DNA of 64,000 nt from Podarcis liolepis. Its lineage: Eukaryota. The notes beneath the pieces were generated by a model, which worked only from the letters and a program-made list of their open reading frames with translations, ran no database searches and had not been told where the DNA came from. Where the stretch lies: the NCBI GenBank assembly GCA_965112155.1, contig OZ218099.1, one strand, 5' to 3'. Position 1 is the stretch's first letter, and every line of letters starts with the position of its first letter. Position numbers and translations under genes: made by a program. This document shows positions 1 to 14,447 of the stretch, piece by piece.

Positions 1-176
1 TTATTCCTCCCACTGCCCTAGCATTCCAAAACAACACAATGCCTGAGTGGCCAGCTATATTCACATATAGTCAGCTATATTCTGACTTAAGCCAGCTGCA
101 AATTTCATGCAGACCCCTCTCTTCCCTTGAGAAACCTGGTCCTTTCCATTGGTCATGCTAGAGTTACCAATGTATA

Positions 177-401
177 CAGTGGTACCGCAGGTTACATACG
201 CTTCAGGTTACATACGCTTCAGGTTACAGACCCCGCTTACCCAGAAATAGTACCTCAGAACTTTGCTTCAGGATGAGAACAGAAATCGCGCAGCAGCAGC
301 AGGAGGCCCCATTAATTAAAGTGGTGCTTCAGGTTAAGAACAGTTTCAGGTTAAGAACGGACCTCTGGATCGAATTAAGTACTTAACCCGAGGTACCACT
401 G
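177..401. mobile_element. Non-autonomous Tc1/Mariner (Tigger-like) MITE
   Basis: TIRs CAGTGGTACC...GGTACCACTG flanked by TA on both sides (175-176, 402-403); a related copy lies in reverse orientation at 55317-55525. Confidence 0.85.
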
Positions 402-2607
402 TATTTTACTCTTGCCCTTTAATATCTGTATATAAATATATCTTTGAATGTTCTCATCTTCTTGGATTCCTATATCCTTCCCTCACCACATAGACCCACC
501 TTTTTTCACTCAACCCCAGGTTGATTTCAATCATGGACATCCTCTGAACTTTGTCCTGTGTGGCCATACCATCTCCCGCAGGGCCCCTCCATCTCCAGTT
601 CAAATGGTGGCTCAAGCTCCACAGGGCTTTCCCCTATGTGGAGGGCTGGGATTACAAAACTTCACAGCAGGGAGATAATGAGGAGTGGTATCATTGTCCT
701 GCTGACCCTGGGCCTACTACTGGCACAACAGCTGCACCACTCTCCCCTAAGAGTCAGTTCCAGTGCTGGCCAAAGTTCTTTCTTCCTGCAAATCCCCTAA
801 CTCCTTGATATGGGCTGGCTGCCTCTGATCTTGTCCAAGCATTAGTATCCATTTACACGACAAGCCCAAAACTTCTTAATTAATCTGAAAGCAGCTGCAG
901 CACTGGCCTGAGACAGGCAGGAATTGTGCCCTTGTACCAGTGGGTTCCTGACTGAGTGCTGGACCTGATTAGCAGCTTTGCTAATGAACTTAGGTTCATT
1001 TCTGTAAGCCTTACTAATTTCTGTATAAGAGATTCAGTGCAGCGGTAGGGAAACTATGGAAGGGCACCTAACAGTTAATATGTTGTGCATGACTAATAAT
1101 CTTGATCCTTTTCTCCCCTGCCTTTGATCATTATGAGGTTTCTTCTATCAATGAAAGGTCAGAGCAACAAGAAAAGGCCCCTTCTACAGAGACCTTGCTT
1201 TCCCCTTGTCGTTTCTTTTCATTCCCACTCTCCAAGAACAATTCACGCAGATTCCAAGTTTGATCTCACACTTACTACCAAATAGAATCACCATACCACC
1301 ACCCCCAAAAATTCTAGCATTTAATTAATTCATCCTTAAATATATAGCCGTTCCATGCTGACAGCAGCTTCAGGCATGACCTGAATGAAGTCAGGAGACC
1401 AGGAAGTGCAGGTGCTTCGCTCTTTTCCTTTCCCCACATCTCTTATCCAGTGTTACTCGATACAATAATTATTGTGCATGGACAAGAATTAGGAGATACA
1501 GTCCCCCTTTACTCTTTATTTCATGTTTTAATTACAAATTTCTGAATTCTCCTGAGTATTAGCACCTAAAGCATCTGAGTTAGGGGCAGGGAACTTCTTT
1601 TCCTCTAACTTCTAAGTTTGTAAGAATTGTTGGTGATGCCACCAGAGTGGTATGACATGGAAAGGCTGCATGTCTTTGCAAGGGAGAAGATGGGGAAAAG
1701 AGCACAGAACAGGGTAACCCTAAACTATTTAAACTATATTAGGTGTGAAGGGCAGTTGATATACCTAGGGTCAAACTAGATGAGATGCAGGAAATCTGTG
1801 ATTGGCTCTCTTGAAGTTTCTTGGGTTTTGGGTGGTGGTGGTTTTTTTTAAAGCAGCTGCGGGGGCCCTTGAATGGAATGAGGCAGTGGCACTGGGAGAG
1901 GGATTAATTCCCCCCCCACACACACACGGATTTCCCAGTCTAAATCACATTTCCCCTCAAAGCTGAGGGGGGAAAATATATGGCTGCCTGTATACTATTT
2001 TCCCCTATCAGGCAAATAGTAGAAGTGGCTGCAGTTTAGACAAGAAAAAGGTCTTGGTTAAATTCTCCCTCCTCTGAACACTGTGTTCAGAGGTTGTGTG
2101 TGAGAGAGGGAGAGGAAGAGAGAAAACTCTAATCAGAGCTTTCTTATTGAGTTTGAGAATGAAAGGACTACAGAAGGAGGCGAGTTTCTCTTTTTCCTAC
2201 CCATTTAAGAGTTCAGAGCAAATGAATGAACGTTGAGGATCTGAGACAATGGTTCCAGTTTCATAGTCTGGCAATACTGTCTGTGCCATCCATGCCCAAA
2301 ACAGAACTTTGCATTCTTTTCTCACATGGAGATGTACAAACTCCTGGTGCACAACTTTTTTGGGGGGGTGGATGGAGGTGGGAAAAGAAGAAGGTTGAGG
2401 TACTTGTCTTCACATCATTGTTCAAAGTGCCAGTGAGTAGCTTCCCTGTTTCTGTAGGTATCATTTAAGAAGTAAACCATTCCAGGCATTTCATATATTC
2501 CCCCCCCATCCCTCTCTTTCACAGAACTAGTGGGGTGAGTGGTTGGGAATCCTGCCTCAACAAAACTCTCAATTAATTTTCTTCCCCCTACCCTCTGTTG
2601 CCCACAG

Positions 2608-2727
2608 ATGAAGAACTCTATGCTGGTGTCTACATTGACTTCATGGGCACTGATGCTGCCATCTTCCGCACCATGGGCAAGCAGACTGCTATGAGGACTG
2701 ACCAATACAACTCCCGTTGGCTAAATG
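2608..2727 (+). CDS. SEMA3F: Semaphorin-3F coding exon (1st of 12 in window; Sema domain; upstream exons outside window)
   Basis: cag|...|gtgagt; encodes (N)EELYAGVYIDFMGTDAAIFRTMGKQTAMRTDQYNSRWLN, matching recalled SEMA3F. Confidence 0.96.
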
Positions 2728-2935
2728 GTGAGTGAAAGGGGGGCAGACTGCAGAGTTTGAAGTGCAGAGGACAAAAAGCAAGGCTGCATTCATGATCTTT
2801 GTGTCCAGTGTCCATGCTACATGGTGGGAATTGTGACTTGGAGCACAGAGTTTCCCTCTCTTCTTTCCTCTCTCTGTTTCAGAATATTATTGTAAGAAAG
2901 AAAATGTGAATAAAAAGAGGCTTTAGAAAAGAATG

Positions 2936-3111
2936 ATAGAATCATAGAATCATAGAATCATAGAGTTGGAAGAGACCACAAGGGCCATCGAGTCCAACCC
3001 CCTGCCAAGCAGGAAACCCCATCAGAGCACTCCTGACATATGGTTGTCAAGCCTCTGCTTAAAGACCTCCAAAGAAGGAGACTCCACCACACTCCTTGGC
3101 AGCAAATTCCA
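2936..3111 (-). mobile_element. CR1 LINE 3' end fragment (5'-truncated)
   Basis: (ATAGAATC)n tail on + strand, i.e. (GATTCTAT)n on -; near-identical to the 3' end of the RT-encoding CR1 at 50886-51927. Confidence 0.9.
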
Positions 3112-4611
3112 TTATACTAGCAGAAAACATTATACTAGCAGGAGCGTTAACCAACAACCCCCCTCCCCTTTGTCTTCAAGTTCCTTCTGTGAGTGCACAC
3201 TGTTCCATGGTGACTTCTCAAGTCTGGCTTCCTGAGGGCTTCATGCCAAGTCATACCAGCTGCCTACAATTGGTTTCTTTTATCTGTCCATATATAGCCA
3301 TCTCAGTGCGCTTTGTTGTGGATGATGGAATCTTAATTTAGCTCTCTGGACCCCCTTTCTCATCCTGGTGCCCTTCGAGTCTCCTTTGCTGTTACAGTGT
3401 CCCCATGACACCTATCATACCCTTCTGTACTCCCTTGTTTTCGGTCCTTGATACTTGATTTTGCTGTTGCCTTGTCCTTGCACTGTCACTTGTCCGTACT
3501 TTCTGTCTAGCTCCCAGGACACCAGGAATAGGGCTCTCCTGCCCTGTTCATGCCTTGCCAGCCTTAATAGATATGAAATGCTCCATCTATGTGGAACACG
3601 AAATACAGAATCTGCAAGTGTTCCTACTTCATTTGGGCTTTGTAGAGCACATCACTGAAGAAGTCATTGTCTTCTATAATTTTCTTTCCATAAAGAAAAT
3701 ATATGTGCTAAGTTAAGACATCTGGTCATTTCAGGAGTGTGTTGGTATTTGACTAGTTTCTCTTTTTGCTTAATTCCTTGGCTCTGGTATATGTCCCCTT
3801 TTGTGCGTTCAAAAGCATTTTGCTCCTGGAATTATTTCTCTACACACAGTTGGTGGTGAAGGGCAGGTTTGTACTCTTGTCATTTCTGATAACTGATCCA
3901 GGGCATTTAATCTCCTGCCCTCTCTCCTCCAGCATGCATCATGGAAAGGGATCCAATGAGAGAAGGTCTCAGCTTCCTTTTTGGTTGCACCTCCAGCTGT
4001 TGTGAAGCAGCAAAAACAGCTGAGTAAACTGGGGTTGGGAATCAAATTTAGGGAGATGTCATTTTAGTAACCCGAACAGAGCTATCTATGAAAGCAAATG
4101 CTGGATTATAAGGGTGACCATTTGCCTTCCATGGCAATTCTTTAGCAGTGATGGCTCTAGAGAAAATACCAACATATCCCCAAATTGCAGAGCTTCCAAG
4201 ATATCCTTACAAAAGCTTTTAAGGCAGACAGGTGTGCTTGCAGCCACATAAATCTTACAGCTCCCCCCCACCCCAAAGCAAGGGAATGCTTGGTACTAAT
4301 GATGAAGGTTACTGACATTAGACTTATGAACAGCTCAGGCCCAGAGTTTTTCAAAGTATGGTACACAGCTTCTCTTGGATGGATGCATAGAGTTGTGTTC
4401 CTGACAACTTATGTTGGTGTTACCTCAGCACACCAACGTTATGTGCGTGCAGGAATTTGGCGGTAGTATGTGTGTAAGAAAGCAGTAGTGTATGTGTGAC
4501 AGAAAGTAATATGGGTGTAACTTGACCGGTAATATGGGTGTGTCACTAGATGAAACTCCCCCTGTTCTTACACAGGAGAGGCCTAGACTTAACTATTCAT
4601 AGTAGGGTTTA

Positions 4612-4780
4612 CCGTATTTTTTGCACCATAACACTCACTTTTTTCCTCCTAAAAAGTAAGGGGAAGTGTCTGTGTGTGTTATGGAGGGAATGCCTACGGG
4701 TGGCATGCCTACGGATTTTCCTTCTCTAAAAACTACATGCGTGTTATGGTCGGGTGCGTGTTATAGAGCGAAAAATACGG
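4612..4780. mobile_element. Mariner-type MITE
   Basis: Imperfect TIRs CCGTATTTTTTGCACCATAACAC / GTGTTATAGAGCGAAAAATACGG, TA on both sides. Confidence 0.8.
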
Positions 4781-4844
4781 TATATTTAAGTAGAGCAGCA
4801 TGGTGTTGCACTTGTGTCAAGGCTGCCCAGTGTCCACTTACTCC

Positions 4845-5061
4845 TGTGGTTGCCGTATTTCAAAAAATAAAAACCAGGACACCCTGAAAGTTGAGGTTTT
4901 TTGTTTGTGTTTTTTTACAAAAACGCCAAGAAAACATGATTTGTCAATTGACTTTCCTAAGATTCAGGACACCGCCGCCTTTCAGAGGTCCCCCCCGGGT
5001 GTCAATTCAGCATTTGAAATCCTGGTAATGTCTGGGAAAATCCGGACGTATGGCAGCCCTA
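4845..5061. mobile_element. Non-autonomous hAT element (TAGGGTTGCC-type ends)
   Basis: Ends TGTGGTTGCCGTA / TATGGCAGCCCTA; 8-bp TSD CTTACTCC / CTCACTCC; related copy at 18729-18865. Confidence 0.75.
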
Positions 5062-5930
5062 CTCACTCCCCACCTAGAGGATGAGGATAAGGCACTTCTG
5101 GAACAAAACTGTATGTTTCTTTACAGAGAAACTTTTAGCACTATTTTTCAGCCAAGTCTCAGGTAGACTTTTCCCACTTAAAATGGTTATCAGCAACCCC
5201 ACTCAGCCCCTTCTAGGATTTTACTTCCCCTCAGGGAATCAAGACCAGTTTGCTCTGCCTGGCTAACCCCTCTCAGACAGTTAACCATCTGCAACTGCCC
5301 ACACTGGCTTTTAATTTTTCTTTCACCGAGAGTCAAATCTCTATTTCACTGCTAAAACTGTCAGCATCTAACTTAAACTCCACACTCTCTTTCCTGATTT
5401 TCTGATGGACTCACCAGCTCTCACTGATTGCTGGGTCACTAGGAGGCAGACCCAGGGCCTGTCCATCACAGTATGAGCTGGTTGTCTGGGAAATAAGATG
5501 ATGTGAAAGAAGCTGGGCAGGTGAGATTTCCACATGAGTGAGGGACATGTAGTGTGGGGCAGGCAGCACTTCTCTGGTACATTTTCCCCAGTAGGAGAGA
5601 GGATGTCATCCATAAGACTGGGATTTGCCAGTGCTGCATGCTTGCGGGGTTGGAAGGCAGGACATGCTGTATTCATTTATTTACCTGGCAAGAGCCTTTC
5701 CTGCACTGTTTTAAAATGGGCACCTGTTTTTTACATTAAACGTATGTTAGAAAGCAGCATAATTGTCCCACAGCCTGTTACAAACAGTTCAAAATGAACC
5801 TCAGCACCATATAAAAAGGCTGCGCATTACATTTTGCTTGGTGTTATTAAGGTTTAATGTTTTACTGTGTTTTTATATATGCTGGAAGCCGCCCAGAGTG
5901 GCTGGGGCAACCCAGTCAGATGGGAGGGGT

Positions 5931-5968
5931 ACTACTACTACTACTAGTAGTAGTAGTAATAATAATAC
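5931..5968. repeat. (ACT)n(AGT)n(AAT)n compound microsatellite containing a 26-bp perfect palindrome (5933-5958)
   Basis: Direct reading; lies at the tail of a short retroelement-like remnant (~5860-5930). Confidence 0.85.
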
Positions 5969-7719
5969 TGCTACAAGCATTCCTCCACTGAGCTTGTGGT
6001 GGCAAGTATGGGAGTTATCTCATTTCCTCCTCATAATGGCCCTGGGAAGAAATCAACAATGCGCTGTGTTGAGCTTCCATTACAGCAAGCATCTCTGCAT
6101 GCCTGATGGAAGGATCCTCCTTTCCTTCCTCATGCACTGTTCTGAGGGTTATCCTGACTCCCCCAGGGCCAATGGCAGGGGAGGCAGGGGAGGGAAGCTC
6201 CACTATGCAAACAGAAGTCCTTGCACAGGGCTTCTGCTGATGGAAAGATGAATCCTACCCATTGTGTGGTAGGCTAGGCTGAGAAGAGTGACTTGCCCAA
6301 GGTCACCCAGTGAACTTCACGGCTAATCAGGTATGTGAACGCAGGTCTTCACAACCAGCATCCATGGATCAACATAGCCACACTTTTGGACTCTCAGGGG
6401 TGGGATGTGTTACTGCAGAGTCTGTCATGATGAGCTCCTGCACTTGAAAATTTATCACTGTGCCATTGGGGGATGCAGAAGAACTAGTCGCTTTTGGGGG
6501 AGGGTATCATTTCATAAAAGCTGAGAAGCACTACCTGCCTCTCAGTTTTGGGATGCCATAGTAAAGCAATTTTCCCTGCCTGTGATTTCAATTCCTATTC
6601 ACCCTTTTCAAGCTGAGCTGTGTAAGTAAAGAACTCTTAAACTACCTCATTTTGCATTACAAATGAGGTGATACAGGGAATAGAGCTCAGGACTCCAGCA
6701 CTGTAGACTAAGAAGGCTTAGTTAATCAATCACATGGCCATGTTTCCTGCAGCAGTCTAGCAAACAGCTGCTTAACTCGCTGAGCTTTATGTCAACTTCT
6801 TTTCTACACTGACATGAAGATTTGCTTCCCTAGTTTTGGCCTGTGATACAGGACAAGCCACCATCACATCCAGTAAAAGAATTTTAGTACCAAAGGCAGC
6901 AACGGATTCAGAATTCTTTTCTGAAGTTTGGATCATAACAAGCCTTAGAGTGTGAAGCATTGACTGAAGTTATTCAGAACAGCTTTTATTTGGGGCATTG
7001 AACAGAATTTCAAGAAAGTGTTAATCTATAGAAGTGGTCCTTTCCCTAGTGTTGTAGAACATTTACTGGTTTAAAACACGGACCCTACCTGATTTACACC
7101 AGTTAATTAAGTTGGGAAGATTGGATAGAGAGGAGAGCCAAAGAGCTGATTTAGGACAAATCTGTATAACCACTAGGCCCATGTGTGCTCCTTGCTGACT
7201 CATTCCACAGGTCTTCTGATCTGAGCAGGTCATTTGACTCATTTGTCGTGATTCAAGGTGGCAGTGTCTGCATGCCACAATAAACCACATCAGTAGCTGC
7301 TGGCCTGCCAGGAGGAGCCACCATAGACTGAAGAAACAAGCAGCTTTTGTTCTTACAGTTATCTTTATAACTATGTAGTTTAATGTTTTTGTAAGCCACC
7401 TTGAGACTTGCTTTTCAGCTGTAAGGTGGGACTTAACGTTTTAAAATAAATAAAATGGAATAATATATGCACAAGTTGAGCAAATGTTGACAGAGATGAA
7501 ATGCCTAGAAGCTGTTTGATTGCGTCTTAAGTGCATTCGTAAATTTTCATTTTCAACCTCAGCTAACACTATTTTGTGTGACCACAAAAGGATTCCATAA
7601 CAGATCAGGAAAGGTACAGCAAAATGTGAGCCCTGAACTGAACAATCAGGACTTGTTTGAGAGCGGTAGATGTATTAATCTGTTGCAGGAAAAACAACAT
7701 GCCTATGGCATCTTAATTT

Positions 7720-7812
7720 GCAGTGTAAGTCTAAACATGTCTACTCAGAAATAAGTCCCATTGAGTTCATTGGGACTTACTTCCAGGTAGGTGTGTATAG
7801 GATTGCAGCCTT
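7720..7812. repeat. Short palindromic MITE-like repeat
   Basis: Internal inverted repeat AAGTCCCA...TGGGACTT; degenerate ends. Confidence 0.45.
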
Positions 7813-9540
7813 AGTTGTTGTTATATAGGTTTCCTGGATCAGACCTTTTTTTGTCAGATGCATCAGTCCTGAGTCTCACAGTGAAGTAACAGTTGCATGG
7901 CACATACTACACGTGTTCAGATTTTCACTCTTCCACTCAACCAGTGGCATAGTCGTGAATTTTAATGTTCAGGAGCTCCTGACACCCCTTATAGCTCATC
8001 CACAAGGAGAATCCAAAAAGTCCTATACATAATTTCCTGGGGGTAAGCTATGTTGAACTCTGAGGATTACTTCTAATGGTACAGTTTCAGTTTATTAAAT
8101 GCATTGAGCTTTAGCAAAAGATCTTCAGCCAGCTGAAAGGCTATCTTTTGCTTTACCAGAAATGCAGACAATCTTACAGGAAAGCAGGGACTCCATCAAA
8201 GAAAAGAAAATAAGTACATGCCATCTGCTTGATTAGTTTCCTCATACTCTGACTTCCTTTATGGTGATACAAGACAAACTTGAAAGCCTCACAAACATAT
8301 TGCCTCATTCACTTGCCAGAGCAGGGAAGGTCTGTCAGCTACCCTGGTGCTCTGGCAGATGACATTGTTGCTGCTGCCCTGAAAAAGGTACCAGGGGGTG
8401 TTCTCCCTCCATTATACCACTGCACCCTACCCACATTTCAGCTCTCTTTTAGGATGAGGTTGGTCCCATCAAAAATTTACATGGCAGCTTTTGAAAGCAA
8501 AATCTCTGTGGGTAAACAATAATGGAAAGGAGCTTCCTGCACTCAAGTGGAAGCTGTGTCGGACATTCAGCTTCCAAAAAACCGGAACACTTCCAGGTTT
8601 GCAGCATCTGGGAGCTGATTTGTTCGACAACTAAGCTGTTCGAGAAACAAGGTACCACTGTACTAGCAAATCTTGCTGTCGTTATGCTATTAAAACTTGC
8701 TCTATTCTTTGACCAACTGAGAACAGAAAACTCTGTTTTCTTTGAATCTCTCTTTCTCCAAGCTTTGGGGAAGACTAGGTATCGGGTTCAGCACCCACTA
8801 TAATAGAAAAACCTATAGAATTTTGGTTGTTAGGACAGATACCTACATTCTGTTCTCTCCACTTGAGCTGTTTGAAGGAGCCACAATATGTCAGTGTAGA
8901 GCTCTATGAAGTAAATGTGTGCTTCAAAGGGGTGGACCCAAGCCTGTGCATGGAGCCAGTCCTCACCCTATATCACTTTTCAGTGACTAATTTGCTCTTG
9001 AATAAAAACAAACATCTCTCAGACAAAGCTGTGCAGGGTGTGAGACAAATTGCTGCACTTTGCTAAGTAAACAACATGTTTCAGAGTAATGTGCTAGGAG
9101 CATCTGTCAGGTGATAGGGGCTTGAGCCAATGTCGTCACCTGGCAATATGCTTTTTTCACTACAACAATAAGATAAGTTCAAATCTTTGCCAGTGCAGTA
9201 TTGGAGGGGAGACATGAGGAAGAAAACTCACGCATCTAGAGATGAGGTGCTGCCTCTTCCAATGGGGATGAATTATTGTGGCTGCATGAGTTTACTGCAT
9301 ACATCAACCTGAGTACACATCTAAGGAACCTTTTTAAGATTTGAGTTATTTAGCCCCCAGATTCAAGTATAAGCTGCCATTTTTAAATTGAAGGCAGTTA
9401 GGGTTCTTCTAACAATGGCCAGGTGACCTCCTCCATGGGCTGGTGAGGAATCACATATAGCACAAAAGCTCTGGGTGCTGGAGTCTGGAAAGAACGTTCA
9501 CCCTTTCAGACCATGTTACTGTTTAAACTACTTTTTGCAG

Positions 9541-9680
9541 ACCCAGCGTTTGTCCATGCACAGCTCATTCCAGACAGCGCAGAGAGGAATGATGACAAGC
9601 TCTATTTCTTCTTCCGAGAGAAATCTACCGATTCCCCACAGAGTCCTGTTGTCTACTCCCGCATTGGTCGCATTTGCCTG
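9541..9680 (+). CDS. SEMA3F: Semaphorin-3F coding exon
   Basis: ttgcag|...|gtaggt; DPAFVHAQLIPDSAERNDDKLYFFFREKSTDSPQSPVVYSRIGRICL. Confidence 0.96.
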
Positions 9681-10560
9681 GTAGGTCTTGAGGATGAATG
9701 AACATAGGTTTGGTTGAGAGTTTACTATAAATTCCATGTATTTGGACCCTTCTCTATAATACCATTAACAAGGAGTTCCTGGCACTGTCTAGGAATTTTT
9801 AGAAACCAATAAATACTGTGATTTTTAAATAGTGTAATTTGTGAATTTGCTTCCTTCACCCCCAAAACTTGAGTAAAGTCATGTTTTGGTCCACCATCTT
9901 GAATCAAAATTGGCACCCAGCACTCCAAAATCAACAACAACCTCAGTAACCTTTGTGCCAAGTTTGAAATCTCAAGAGGCAGCCGAACCTATGTAAAAAA
10001 TGAACACAGTCACCCTGAAGTCCCATTTAAGTCCACCATCTTGGTTCAAAATGGCACATGGCACCCAAGCATCAAATTAGACCCCCACCTCTGCCTCAGA
10101 AATACTTGTGTCAAGTTTGGCAATAATATATTGAGATGTGTCTGTATAAAGAACAAATAAACAGTGTCAGTGTATAGAGAATGAATGAATGGATAGACAG
10201 ACAAACCACTTTCCAAAATATATAGTAGTTCACCAACATCTCTTGTGAATGGCAGAAGCCATTGTTGCTCTGAGTTCCTCCACTGCCACTGTTTCTGCTG
10301 CTTCCTTCCTATATTGTCCTCTTTGGTATAGCATGTGAATGGCTGGGAGTCTGGAGTAACTGGGCATTCCTTTGTGGTCATTACTCTTTGCCCTGTTTCT
10401 GTTGTGTCCCACTGTACGGAAGTGTACAGAATAAAAGTTGTGTGTCTGATAGCCCAATCCTAGCCGTGCACATTACAAACACTGATGTGGCTGCAGGCAA
10501 AAGCACTGTAGCTCCCATAACACTTTTTGTATCCCAGAACACTGCTTTCCTTTTATTTAG

Positions 10561-10734
<174 letters not shown>

Positions 10735-13357
10735 TAAATGCTAAGTGACCTGACATCTTAATAGGGGCCCTGACTAGTGGAGGCATAGACATTTAATGAT
10801 CTCCACCTAATGGCCTGTGGGCTGGATCTACTCTCCAGAGCCCCTATCAGCTCTCCCTAAATTTTAATCAAGGTCCAGTCAGAAGTTTGCACACCATTTT
10901 CACTGAATCCCCCTGCCCCCGCAAATGTTAGGAATAGAAATACACTTCACAGCATTACACATTTCCTGTGGATTGTGTATGTTGCATGTACATATTTCTA
11001 TGTAATGCTGTTCCTAAGCACATAATTATGAAGCCCTGCCTGGTAAGTGATGGTAATGTTAGTACAGAGCCCAAATACCCATACTGGTGGTCTGTGCAGC
11101 AGTCTACACTTCTGGCACCCAGGCTTCCTTGTAAAGAATAGAGTGGTCCTCAGTGAATATAGAAGTTGGCCAATGTACTTGATGCTTATTTTTTAAAAAA
11201 TCAAGAATTACCAGGGCTTATATATGTCTGCAAGTTATCCGTTCTAAACTAATAGCCTACCCTCTAAACTCAAATGTGATTAAATCTGATGATACTAAGT
11301 GGGACCAGCCCTGAAGAAACTTGACTCAAATGTAGCACTGAAAATTTCACCTACCTTACTGGGGTGCTGATAGCAGAAATCTCTAACTAAGAGTCTCCTG
11401 GGGCTTGACAGAACAAGGAATACAAGGTGCCCAGTACTTGACCTCCGGATCACTGTATATAGGAAAATTGCAATGTTTGTGGAGAAGGCAGCTGGTTTTT
11501 ATGGCTTGAAGAGATCTTCATAATTATCTAGTATAGTCCTCTAAGGATCTGCCACAACCCTAACGTTCCTAGCAGATTTCCCATTATAATAGAAAAGTAT
11601 TCAGCTAATTTTCAGCGTGCCACAATCAGAGAAAATAATACCCAAGGCTCTCAAAGCCATATGCTTCTTGATACGATGCACTTGTTCAGATAAGTAAAAC
11701 ATTGACATTTAGCCAAAGCTGTAGGAAAACTAACAGTGGCATCTGAGCAGGTTGGAGATAATGTAAAAGGCAGTTTGGAGGATAGCCACATGTGCTTAAA
11801 TAGAAGGACTGAGATAGAAGAAGAAAGGAAGAGGTTAAGAAACAGCAATGTCTTTTTCATTAACATTTTCTTTTGAATGAGGGTTTGTCAGGCAGTATGC
11901 TTCTGTAAAAAGGCCCCTCAAACAAATTTTGCATTTCTTAAAACAAACTTTTAAACAAAAGCAGAAAATATATCCTTGCATATTAGGAATGCTGTAAAAC
12001 CTTATTCCAAACAAGGTTTTCAGCTGAATTTTGAAATTGTAGCTGAGATCCATCACAAGTACTTTTGTGATGCTTCATTAACAAGCTTTCAGCAACTATC
12101 AAAAAATGGGGAGAGAGATCCCATTGTGCAGATGCTGTGTGGAAGCCCATTCACACAAGGAGTCAGCTTGACTTGGTCTTGCTGTTTTCGGGGGTAGGAG
12201 AAAATGAAGGCATCCAACATTGGCATAGTTGAGTTTGGGGATCCCATTTTTGGCAAAGGCAGCAGACCCACCTCCAAGTAGGCTGTCAGCCAGCTTTCTC
12301 TCAACACAGGCCAGACAGATGGCTGCTGGTCATTCTGCGAGCAACCCCAGTGAGGCTTTTATCACCTTCAGTGGCCTTTGATGGATTGTCTCCTACTAGA
12401 GAGCAAATTAGCACTGTCCCTTTCCCTACAATTGCTTTGCTTCCCAAAATCACTACCAGATGGTCTGTAGGATACCTTGATTTCCTGACTTCTCTTGGAG
12501 AGGGAATGAACTCAGAGCCTCACCATAGCCATTGTTCTTGCCTGAGTGAGAGTGTTCTCTTCTGCCACAGCTGGGGCTGAATTAGAAGTGACAACTATGG
12601 GACACTCTTGTGCAGGCCTCACTGTGAAATCGCAATGTGAATCTAAATGAGAAAGAAACCTGAGCACATCTCTGCCTGATATGAAAGTCGTATAAATAGG
12701 CAATTCAATCCTACTGACATGACTTATCATTCTTTTTATTAGAAAGAACAAAAGTTTTTATTAGCTACTATTAAGGACATTAGTTGGAACGCACGTCATA
12801 ACAAATTAACTTGACCTGGCTTAACTATGGCCACTGCCTGGCTTGACTAATGTCTGGCATAGTCCACTGTGGTCCTATATCTGCTTGACCCTGACCCAAG
12901 GTCTGGGCTGTGCCAGCTTGCCTTGCCAAGTTTCCTGGTTTATTTGCCTCACTTCACTCAAGGTGAAATTAGATGTTAGAAGTTTTTTCACCTTCTTCCC
13001 AGTAGCACGGGTGAAATATAAAGTGTATAGCTTGGCATCTTCATAACGTGTGTATCTGCACCTGCCTCATCTCAATGGCTATAGCCAGAAAGAAAATGCC
13101 CAGCCCAATGGCATCACTCCACATGGTGTGTTCTATTAGACGTTACCAAAAAAAAGGGGGAGGAAAGAGACACAGAGCAGCAGCAGTAGCAGACATGTGT
13201 CTTTTGTCATGCTCAATTCTGTCCTCGGTGAATTGGTTCTGTTCTGACTATCTTAAGGCAACACTGTATTCAGTTCTTCTTTTCAGACTCAGACTCCCCT
13301 CTCTCCCCCCCAAAAAACACACGCCATGAGTTGCTAACTCTCTCCTTTCTCTTCAAG

Positions 13358-13427
13358 AGGACGTCTTCATCCAGCAGACCCAGGATGTGAAGAACCCCAT
13401 TATTTATGCTGTTTTTGCTGCCTCTGG
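13358..13427 (+). CDS. SEMA3F: Semaphorin-3F coding exon
   Basis: ttcaag|...|gtgagt; QDVFIQQTQDVKNPIIYAVFAASG; phases match neighbouring exons. Confidence 0.94.
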
Positions 13428-14249
13428 GTGAGTGCTCAGGGAACAGAATTTGGAGACCTTCCTTCCATGTTCATGCCTGTTCATGCTCACAACTTTACAA
13501 GGCAAAACCCCAGATTTAACTCTGAAGCAGAAAAAGTTCCAAAAGCAGACACCATTCCATCTTGTGGTGATGTGTTCCATTTCTAGCCAAGAAGGGAACG
13601 TGGTCTTAGACAGGGTCACCTTGGAATTTTCTGGCAGAGCTGGAATACAGCCCAGAAGCACTTGCTTGCCAAGCTTGGGGTTTTCCCACAAACTTAGCTA
13701 TGGCAGCTGTAGTTGATGACTTGATCCCCTGGGGAAGGCAGGTGGAGTACGTACATACACACACACCAGGATCTATTTACGCCTCTGCGGGGTCAAGAGG
13801 GCGTCAGGTCCTTTGTTAAACCAGCAAGCAGCAGCAGCAGCTAATGCCATTTTTCTCAGTGCTTGTGGTTGGAACAACTAATCCTGGAATGTTATAACTT
13901 GGGGACGTGGCCTGATAACTCTCCAGCAGCTGCTTGAGGCTGGCCCCAGAGCACCAAAATTGCATTGTCTTATCCTACCCACCCCTACCTCTTTTCTGGC
14001 TTGGTGCTCTGTGCCAGGCAGGAAATCCCTGTTTCTCTGGGGTCTGCGTCGTTGCACATGTTCACAAAGGTTTAAGGACATTTCAAGGGCTTGCCAGCAG
14101 CCTAGGCTGAGCAGAGATGCACAACATGTTTCCCCTTTGCAGCTGTGACAGCCAAGAGGTCAGGATGCCTGAGAATATCTGCAAGAGGGAAGGATGGAAC
14201 ATTGCAGCCAGCTTTTATATGTGAAAGACATAGCCACCCTTTGGACTAA

Positions 14250-14447
<198 letters not shown>

